From: Archangiaceae bacterium
GTDB lineage: Bacteria > Myxococcota > Myxococcia > Myxococcales > Myxococcaceae
Direction of reading: 5' to 3'
Length of the DNA stretch: 14,172 nucleotides
Assembly: GCA_043750125.1 (NCBI GenBank)
Contig: JAYVCD010000125.1
Coordinates: forward strand, 1 to 14,172
Part shown: positions 7,211 to 14,172 of the stretch, one piece after another
Layout: each line of letters begins with the position of its first letter
Numbering within the stretch: the stretch's first letter is position 1
The notes under the pieces: model-generated
Database searches by the model: none
What the model was told of the DNA's origin: nothing
Seen by the model: only the letters and a program-made list of their open reading frames with translations
Program-made: the position numbers and the translations under genes

Positions 7211-10200
7211 TCACCCACGTTTGGACCCACGCACCCAATGGTGGACGAACGCTTCATCGATCACCGACACGTCGTCGTCTGAGGTGAAGGCGCGCAGCTT
7301 TTCGCGAAAGCCTCGATTGTCCAACTGAAGCTGGGCCACAGCTCCCATCGGCTGGGCCCACCGCTCGATCAAAGGCAATGGCGACCGTCGGCGCAAGGGA
7401 AGATCGAGCCGAGCCAGGGCCAACGTGAAGCGAGCCAACCAGTCATCGTACGAGGCGATTCGCACCAGCGGGTGTCCCGCAGATTCTACCCAGTCCACGA
7501 TCCGGTCGAGCGACACCCCATCGTCCCAATGGCCATTGCTGACGTGAAAGGTCCGATACCCCTCGAAGTTTTGCATCGTGATGCCGGCAAGGGTGGCGGC
7601 CACCACGTCCACCGGGATCCCGTCGAAATGGCGCGGCAGGCGGAAGTCCGGGTCGTAAAAAGAAGCAGGCGCCAGACCCGTGGTGATCACCCCGAAGAGC
7701 AGTCGGGAAATGTTGTCGTCTTCGTTGATCTGGCCGAGCAGGCTTCGATGCGGCAGCACCATTCCGCAGCGATGCACGGTGACGGGGATCCCGCAGCGCT
7801 GATGCAGGTCGCGCAGCAAGACCTCGCTGGCCCACTTGCTGGTGGCGTACCCCTCGCCGGGCCCCGAGCCCACCCCCCGGCTGGGCCATAAAGACGCGGC
7901 GTCTTCACTCTCGAGAATGGGCTCCGGTCGATTCAGGCCAGCCGCGACCCCACTCGAAGAAACGAAGTGAATCGCCTTTCGCCTTCCCTCGAGACAAAAA
8001 CGCATCACCTCGACCGTTCCGAGGACGTTGGGCTCGAACAGCTGCGCGTAGGAAAAGCCGTGATTCACCAGCGCGCCGTTGTGCAACACCGCGTCCACCC
8101 GGCCCGCGAGCGCTTCATAGATCCGGTCCGGCAGGCCGAGCCTGGCCTGCATTTGATCGCCGGCGTGGACGACCAATTGATTTTCGTTCGTCAGGCTCTG
8201 AAACCGATGGAGCAGCTCGGCCCCGCCCTTCGCGAATTGGCCCACCAACCGAGCGCGCGCAGAAGCATCGTCCGTACCGCGAACGAGGCACACCACCTGC
8301 CCGGCTCGCCCCGTGACTCTCTGAAGCAGCTCGAGAAGAAGGAAGCGGCCCAGAAAGCCGGTGGCTCCGGTGAGCAACACGATGCTCGGCTCGGCCTCGG
8401 CCCTTCGTCCACCCGCCCGCGCGACTTCCGCGGGCAAGAAAGATTCGACCCGCAGCTGGGCTGCGTCGACCCGTTGTGCGCCTTTTCCGTGAATGCGATC
8501 GAACGTCGGACGATCGGCCTGGGCCCCCTGCAGCTCTTCGACCTTTCGGACAATCGCGGCCAACGAGGTGCTGGGGTCGAGGACTTCGCCCACCGAGGGC
8601 GCAGCGCCACACGCGTCCTCGAGCAGCGAACACAACCGAACCGCGCTCAGGGAATCGCCCCCCAGCCCGACGAAGCTGCGGGAAGAATCGAGCTCCTCGA
8701 GGCTCAACCCCAGCGCAGTGGCGATCGCGGCGCCCACCCGCTGGGCCACGGGGTTCGTCGACGCACCCTCGGCGGCCTGCTTTCCTTCCACCTGACGACT
8801 TTCGATCTGGGCGTACCGCGCTTCGAGACGCGCCCCATAGGCGGCCTTCAAGGCCGGGCGCCTGGGTTTGTTGGCCTCGGTCAGCAGCCCGTTTTCTTTG
8901 GTGAACGGGGCGGGCTCGACCACGAAGTCGCGCGGCACCTCATGGCTGGGCAGCCTCGCCCCCTTCGAAACGCGATCGACTTCGCTTCGCAGCAAACGCT
9001 TGATTTGAATCTCGCGATCGCCGTCGGCCGTGGGTCGGCGCGCCAGCTCGACGCTCACCGCTTCTGCGTTCGGAACCACGACCGCCAGCAGGTAGGCCCG
9101 CAGCGCATTTCCGTAGAGGTAGATCTGCTCGATGAACGGGCTGCTGGTCGCGAAGAGCTCTTCCAGCCTCGAGATGCTCACGAACTCGCCTTGCGACAGC
9201 TTCACCACGTTGTGCTTCCGATCGATCCACACCAGGTGGCCCGGGCCCCGCTCTTCCATGATGTCGCCGGAATGCAAAAAGCCGTCGGGGTCGCGAAGCC
9301 GCTCGCTCGCGTCCGCATTCTTGAAATACCCGGGCGTCGCATGCGCAGTCTTGACGAGCAGCTCCCCTCTGGGAAACGGCCGATCGTTGAAGCTGTACCC
9401 GAGCTCAGGAACGTCGACCAACTTGTACGCGACGCCAGGCTGAACGCGATCGTTGATGGTCACCAGCCCAAGCTCGCTAAAGCCGTAGCCGATTCGAATC
9501 GAGACCTGAAAGCAGCGTTCGAGAAAGATCAGGACCTCGGGCGCGGTCGGCGCCGCATTGGTCTCGATCAAGCACAAGCGGTCTCCGAGGAAGGTGTGGC
9601 GCATCTCGGCCCTGATCGTCTCGGCCAGGCCTGCGTCCTCTGCACCCGGGTTCCCGCGTTTGACCAGTTGGCTTTGAAAGTGCTGGTAGATCATTCCTGA
9701 GACGCGCGGCATCAAAGTCATCACGGTGGGGCGCACGATCCGAATGTCTTCGAACAGCGTGGACATGTCGCTTCGGGGAACGAAGTGGGTCACTCCTCCA
9801 CGCATCAATGCGCGGTAGGTATTGAAGCGACCGGTCACGTGACACAGCGGCAGATAGCCGACGGTGATCCCCGGCACGGGCACTTCGAGAAGCACGTACC
9901 GGACGCGGTTGACCCAGCTGCTCTGCCGATGGGTGACACCCTTGGGCGCGCCGGTGCTGCCCGAGGTGTACATCACCGTGACGAGAGGATCGCTTCCCCT
10001 GGCCAGTACCCCGACCGCGACAGGACCCGCCGTCCGGCCAATGGCCTCCACTTCTTCGATGGTGCGGGTTTTCTGGCCCCCGCCCCACCCCCGATCCACT
10101 TCGTCGGGCAGACGGACATCAATCACAGTCACGCTGCGAAGGGTGGCGCAGCTCTCCAACACCCCTCGAAGTGTGTCGAGTTGGTCGGCGCTGCAGACCA

Positions 10201-10642
10201 GACACGCCAGCTCGGTTTCAGTCGCAATCTGCGCGAGCTCTTCTGCCGCCAGGTTCGATTGCAGGGGCACCGAAATCGCGCCGAGGTAAAGGCAAGCCAG
10301 GTCCGCCACCACCCAGTCCGTGCTGGCGAAGCCGCAGATCCCGACGAAGTCACCCGCGCGCACCCGGTTTTGGTGGAACCACCCCCCGGCGAGGGCGCAG
10401 ACGCGGTCCCACAGCTGGCGATAGCTGAGCGTTTCGAAGCGCGGGGGCCCCTCGAGGTCGCGCGTCCCCAGGCAAGGGCGGTCTGCGTAGCGCTTGCATG
10501 CGTACGCCACGTACTCGATTCCGGGGTGTTCTTCGTCGCGCAGAAACGCGAGCACTTCGTCCGAAGCAATCGTGTCACGCAGCTGCGGGTCGGTCTGAAG
10601 CAGAGTTGCCGCTCGTTGTAATGCGGCGTCGAAGTCAGACAC
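7211..10642 (-). CDS. car: Carboxylic acid reductase (CAR-type A-T-R protein), ~1143 aa
   Basis: CAR-typical segments YADRPCLG, RFETLSY..LW.RV, SDMSTLFEDI..VRPT, YKLVDVPELGY..DRPFPRGELLVKT, DR..NVVKLSQGEFV, NGLLT..K. A3 motif YTSGSTGAPKG; PCP LGGDSLSA (Ser 8653-8651); R domain LLTGATGFLG and GYATSKW (YxxxK). Start GTG 10642 overlaps the upstream stop; alternative GTG 10663. Confidence 0.93.
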   Translation of the reverse strand: MSDFDAALQRAATLLQTDPQLRDTIASDEVLAFLRDEEHPGIEYVAYACKRYADRPCLGTRDLEGPPRFETLSYRQLWDRVCALAGGWFHQNRVRAGDFVGICGFASTDWVVADLACLYLGAISVPLQSNLAAEELAQIATETELACLVCSADQLDTLRGVLESCATLRSVTVIDVRLPDEVDRGWGGGQKTRTIEEVEAIGRTAGPVAVGVLARGSDPLVTVMYTSGSTGAPKGVTHRQSSWVNRVRYVLLEVPVPGITVGYLPLCHVTGRFNTYRALMRGGVTHFVPRSDMSTLFEDIRIVRPTVMTLMPRVSGMIYQHFQSQLVKRGNPGAEDAGLAETIRAEMRHTFLGDRLCLIETNAAPTAPEVLIFLERCFQVSIRIGYGFSELGLVTINDRVQPGVAYKLVDVPELGYSFNDRPFPRGELLVKTAHATPGYFKNADASERLRDPDGFLHSGDIMEERGPGHLVWIDRKHNVVKLSQGEFVSISRLEELFATSSPFIEQIYLYGNALRAYLLAVVVPNAEAVSVELARRPTADGDREIQIKRLLRSEVDRVSKGARLPSHEVPRDFVVEPAPFTKENGLLTEANKPRRPALKAAYGARLEARYAQIESRQVEGKQAAEGASTNPVAQRVGAAIATALGLSLEELDSSRSFVGLGGDSLSAVRLCSLLEDACGAAPSVGEVLDPSTSLAAIVRKVEELQGAQADRPTFDRIHGKGAQRVDAAQLRVESFLPAEVARAGGRRAEAEPSIVLLTGATGFLGRFLLLELLQRVTGRAGQVVCLVRGTDDASARARLVGQFAKGGAELLHRFQSLTNENQLVVHAGDQMQARLGLPDRIYEALAGRVDAVLHNGALVNHGFSYAQLFEPNVLGTVEVMRFCLEGRRKAIHFVSSSGVAAGLNRPEPILESEDAASLWPSRGVGSGPGEGYATSKWASEVLLRDLHQRCGIPVTVHRCGMVLPHRSLLGQINEDDNISRLLFGVITTGLAPASFYDPDFRLPRHFDGIPVDVVAATLAGITMQNFEGYRTFHVSNGHWDDGVSLDRIVDWVESAGHPLVRIASYDDWLARFTLALARLDLPLRRRSPLPLIERWAQPMGAVAQLQLDNRGFREKLRAFTSDDDVSVIDEAFVHHWVRGSKRG

Positions 10643-13376
10643 CCGCGCTCTCTTTCTGGGCACGTTCCAGACAGCCCCGAAGGCAGGCCGCCAGCGCGGC
10701 GACGTTGTGTGGACGCAGCACCTCGAAATGCGTCCCGGGGATCTCGTGGTTTTCGATCTTCGGGGCCAGCTCTTCCCAGGCCCAGGGCGGAGGCAACGGC
10801 CGGTGTGGCCTCGGAATCACCTGATCGCGCGCTCGCAACAGCGTCAGTCGATCGGGGTAAGCCTCAGGAACGCAGCCGGACAGCGCCCGCATGTGGGTGG
10901 AAAACAATCGAAAGGCGATTCGCAGCTGGGTCAGCCCACCCTCTTCGATCACGTAACCCAGAGGTCGCAGCTTGCGCAGGATCAACTCGATCCGAGCGTC
11001 CGGCCCCAGGCCGCTGAACTCTTCGAGGGTCCCCTCGATTTCGGTGCCGAGCGTGCGCCCCATGATCACCGTGAACCAGAACGACAACACCTCAGGGTCG
11101 AAGTCCCTCGACGCCTCGCGCATGCGGCCCCGGGTGGCTGCGTGGGTGGGTCGGGCTTCAATCAACCCGAGCAATGCGACCTTCTGACCCTGGCTGCGCA
11201 GCAGCTGAGCCATCTCGTAGACGACGGCTCCGCCGAAAGACCACCCCGCCAGAAAGTAGGGACCCTGAGGCTGCACTCCCCTGATGACCCCGACATAGAA
11301 GGCGGCCATCTGCGCAACGCTGCCCAGGGGCTCTTGCTGACCGTCGAGGCCCTGCGCCTGAATCCCATAGACCTGCTGATCTTCCCCGAGCAGGTGCGCC
11401 AATTCGACGTAGCAAAAGACGTTCCCGCCGATCGGGTGGACGAGGAACAGGGGGGGCCGGGTTCCCCGGTGCAACGTCACCAGCGGCGACCACGGCTCGG
11501 GGAGGCCGCCCTGCCGCAGCAGCGCCGCGAACTGTTCGATCGTCGGGCGGTGGAACAAGGCCGAGAGCGGCAGCGCCCGCGCCTGCCTCATCTCGATCTG
11601 CGCCATCAATCGCAGCGCCAGCAGCGAGTTTCCGCCCAACTCGAAGAAGTCGTCGGTCACGCCGATGGGGTGGATCCCAAACAGCCCTTCCCACAGCCTC
11701 ACCAACTCGAGCTCGAACGCGTCTCGCGGCGAGACCCACTCATGGCTGAGCCGAGGGCGTGCATCACCCGGAACCGGCAACGCCCGCCGGTCGATTTTCC
11801 CACTGGGGGACAGCGGCAGGGCTTCGAGCGTCACGAACGCCGAAGGCACCATGTACTCGGGCAGCTGCTTTTGCAGGTGCGCCCGCAGCTCGCTCGTCGA
11901 CGGCGCCTGCTCGCCCGACGAGGCCAGGTAGGCGACCAACCGCTTTTCGCCGGGCGTGTCCTCTCGAGCCACGATCACCGTCTCGCGCACGGCCGGATGT
12001 CTCAAGAGCACCGCTTCGATCTCGCCCAGCTCGATCCGAAAGCCGCGAATCTTTACCTGGTGGTCGACCCGGCCCAGGTATTCGATTGCACCGTCGTTGC
12101 GGTAGCGCGCCAGATCGCCGCTCTTGTAGAGGCGTGCCCCGGGTTGAATCGAAAACGGATCAGGGACGAACTTCTCGGCGGTCAGTCCGGGCTGGTGAAG
12201 GTAGCCCCGCCCCAGGCCGGTTCCCGCGATGTACAGCTCTCCCACCGCGCCGATCGGAACCGGTCGCAGCTCGCGGTCGAGCAGATGAATCCGGCAGTTG
12301 GCAATCGGACGACCAATCGGAATCGAACGCGGCGGGGTTCCCCGCTCACACGTCCACGCCGTCACGTCGACCGAGGCTTCGGTGGGCCCATAGAGGTTGT
12401 GAAGCGCAGCAAAAGCGCACCGCCGAAAGAACCGCTCGGACAATTCGACCGACAGGGCTTCGCCACTGCAGATCATCTGGCGCAAGGAAGTGCAGGCCTC
12501 GAGCCCCTCGGCCTCGACCAGGGCCCCCAGCATCGAAGGCACGCAGTGCATCGTGGTCAAGGCCTGATCCTGAATCAGCTGCACCAGGTAATCAGGATCC
12601 TGGTGACCGCTCGGCCGCGCTACGACCAGCCGCGCGCCGGTGATCAGCGGCCAGAACAGTTCCCACACCGAGACATCGAAGCTCAAGGGAGTCTTCTGCA
12701 GAACCCGATCGACTGCCCCAAGCCGATAGGCTTCCTGCATCCAGAGCAAGCGGTTGCAGATGCCCTGGTGGGTGTTCATCGCGCCTTTGGGTCGTCCGGT
12801 CGAACCCGAGGTGAAGATGACGTACGCCAGCTGCTCGGGGCGCGATCCACCCACCGGTCGATCTTCCCGCTCCTGGCCGATGCGCGCCCAGTCGCGGTCC
12901 AGACACACCCGCACCGCAGCATCTGCCGGAACCCGTGGAAGCAGCCGGTCTTCAGTGAGCAAGACTTTGACCCGGGCGTCTTCAGCCATCCACGCCAGCC
13001 GTTCGGAGGGGTAGGACGGGTCGAGCGGCACGTACGCGCCGCCGGCTTTGAGGATTCCCAACAGCGCGACGATCATCGCCAGCGATCGCTCGACACAAAT
13101 TCCAACCAGCACCTCCGGCCCGACTCCCAGACCCTGAAGGAAGTGCGCCAGTTGATTGGCTCGCCGATCGAGCTCGACGTACGTCAGCTGCGTTCCCTCG
13201 AACGTCACCGCCACCGCGTCGGGGGTGCGCGTCGCCTGATCCTCGATCAGCTCATGCAGGCATCGGTCTTTCGGATAATCGCGTTCTGTCGAGTTCCATT
13301 CGAGGAACAGCTGTCGTTGCTCTGCGGGGGCGAGCAATTCCAGTCCTTCGACCCTGAACTCAAGGTCCTCAGCCAT
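10635..13376 (-). CDS. Stand-alone NRPS-like protein, A(Ser)-T-TE, 913 aa, no condensation domain
   Basis: A-domain cores LTYVEL, LKAGGAYVPLD, YVIFTSGSTGRPKG, FDVSVWE, NLYGPTE, GELYIAG.GLGRGY, YKSGD, GRVDHQVKIRGFRIELGEIE, SGKIDR. T domain FFELGGNSLLA (Ser 11627-11625). TE motifs LFLVHPIGG, GWSFGG (Ser 11240-11238), GTHF (His 10730-10728). Specificity code read by eye is DVWHISLVDK, a Ser-type code. Confidence 0.95.
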   Translation of the reverse strand: MAEDLEFRVEGLELLAPAEQRQLFLEWNSTERDYPKDRCLHELIEDQATRTPDAVAVTFEGTQLTYVELDRRANQLAHFLQGLGVGPEVLVGICVERSLAMIVALLGILKAGGAYVPLDPSYPSERLAWMAEDARVKVLLTEDRLLPRVPADAAVRVCLDRDWARIGQEREDRPVGGSRPEQLAYVIFTSGSTGRPKGAMNTHQGICNRLLWMQEAYRLGAVDRVLQKTPLSFDVSVWELFWPLITGARLVVARPSGHQDPDYLVQLIQDQALTTMHCVPSMLGALVEAEGLEACTSLRQMICSGEALSVELSERFFRRCAFAALHNLYGPTEASVDVTAWTCERGTPPRSIPIGRPIANCRIHLLDRELRPVPIGAVGELYIAGTGLGRGYLHQPGLTAEKFVPDPFSIQPGARLYKSGDLARYRNDGAIEYLGRVDHQVKIRGFRIELGEIEAVLLRHPAVRETVIVAREDTPGEKRLVAYLASSGEQAPSTSELRAHLQKQLPEYMVPSAFVTLEALPLSPSGKIDRRALPVPGDARPRLSHEWVSPRDAFELELVRLWEGLFGIHPIGVTDDFFELGGNSLLALRLMAQIEMRQARALPLSALFHRPTIEQFAALLRQGGLPEPWSPLVTLHRGTRPPLFLVHPIGGNVFCYVELAHLLGEDQQVYGIQAQGLDGQQEPLGSVAQMAAFYVGVIRGVQPQGPYFLAGWSFGGAVVYEMAQLLRSQGQKVALLGLIEARPTHAATRGRMREASRDFDPEVLSFWFTVIMGRTLGTEIEGTLEEFSGLGPDARIELILRKLRPLGYVIEEGGLTQLRIAFRLFSTHMRALSGCVPEAYPDRLTLLRARDQVIPRPHRPLPPPWAWEELAPKIENHEIPGTHFEVLRPHNVAALAACLRGCLERAQKESAGV

Positions 13377-14172
13377 CTCGCAGTCCGTCAGCGACGTTCA
13401 GTCCTCTGAGCCGGAAGACCAGCGGCACGAGAGACACCGCCCCCAGCGTCCCCATCAACACCAGGACCGCTGCGAACAAGGCAGGCGTCACCGACGCGGC
13501 GAACGTGGTGCCCCCCGAAAAGAACCCCACGTGGGCGATGTAGTTGGCGAACACGATCTGCGCGACGACCAACCCCACCCCGGTTCCAGTCAATGCCAAC
13601 AGCTCGACCTCGACGATCAGCAATCGAATCAGCCTTCCGTTTCGAAACCCGATCGCACGCAGGGTCGAGACTTCGCCGATGCGCCTTTGAAACAGCACCG
13701 CCAACATGCTCCCGGTGGCCAGAAGCGACCCCAGGGCTACCAACGCGAAGACGGCCAGCAAAACCCCGTAGAGCGCCTTCACTTCCTGGGAACCGCGCCC
13801 GTAATAATCAGGCTCGGTCAGCGCCTCGAGATCCTGGCCGCGCAACGCCATCACCCGAACGGCAACCTGCCGCGCGTCCTCGGGGCTCGCAGTCTGAAGG
13901 GTCACCACCGCCACTTCCGATTCACCTCGATCCAGATCCGAGGCGCTGCGAGAAGTGAAGACCTCGGCCTTGTAGAGGGGAGCGGCGGTGGTGAAGACGC
14001 CCACACAAGTGAACTCGTCTTTGACCATCAGGGCTTTCTCGCCCACCCGCAGGTTCGGATTTCGTTGGGCCGCAAGCTCACCCGCGATGAACTCGGGTTG
14101 TCCATTCTGGGGCAGCCGACCTTCCAAAAGCTTCACATGGAAAAAATCGAACCCCTCCGGATCAACACCGCG
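13369..14172 (-). CDS. ABC transporter permease, FtsX/MacB family (partial; 5' end beyond the window)
   Basis: The frame stays open to the window edge (RGVDPEGFDFFHVKLLEGRLP, a MacB periplasmic-core-like segment). The C-terminal FtsX region has QRRIGEVSTLRAIGF and three hydrophobic TM-like stretches. Stop TGA 13371-13369 overlaps the NRPS ATG. Confidence 0.88.
   Translation of the reverse strand, partial: RGVDPEGFDFFHVKLLEGRLPQNGQPEFIAGELAAQRNPNLRVGEKALMVKDEFTCVGVFTTAAPLYKAEVFTSRSASDLDRGESEVAVVTLQTASPEDARQVAVRVMALRGQDLEALTEPDYYGRGSQEVKALYGVLLAVFALVALGSLLATGSMLAVLFQRRIGEVSTLRAIGFRNGRLIRLLIVEVELLALTGTGVGLVVAQIVFANYIAHVGFFSGGTTFAASVTPALFAAVLVLMGTLGAVSLVPLVFRLRGLNVADGLRDG

Noticed and set aside
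10707-13409. 900-aa + strand ORF antisense to the NRPS (also 4452-6497, 7967-9700, 1009-2151 and 2470-3786)
   Set aside because: These mirror well-supported genes on the opposite strand and have no recognisable motifs. Long stop-free antisense frames are expected with high-GC codon bias.
1-14172. CRISPR arrays, tRNA/rRNA genes, IS elements or integrases
   Set aside because: No spaced direct repeats, RNA-gene signatures or transposase/recombinase ORFs were seen, and the window is almost fully coding.

Overview
GC-rich bacterial DNA carrying part of an apparently unusual biosynthetic gene cluster; it probably continues past both edges. A minus-strand operon runs: FtsX/MacB-type ABC permease (5' end cut off by the window), a stand-alone NRPS-like A(Ser)-T-TE protein with no condensation domain, a carboxylic acid reductase (A-T-R), a 2OG-Fe(II) dioxygenase (HxD...H, RxS) and a NodU/CmcH/TobZ-family carbamoyltransferase (CT3). 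Two more carbamoyltransferase paralogues follow: CT2 (+ strand, tail-to-tail with CT3) and CT1 (- strand, divergent from CT2). Main observations: (1) all three carbamoyltransferases have a ~100-aa C-terminal extension resembling a PqqD/RRE winged helix and an aromatic-rich N-terminal insert; (2) CT2 is an intact ORF but has lost many family motifs in both catalytic domains, so it may be a pseudo-enzyme; (3) the CAR has Gly in place of the reductase-domain Asp that normally stops CARs at the aldehyde, so it may make an alcohol that can be O-carbamoylated; (4) a perfect 10-bp inverted repeat lies at the CT2/CT3 junction. The product and the novelty of the cluster cannot be established without database searches or experiments.
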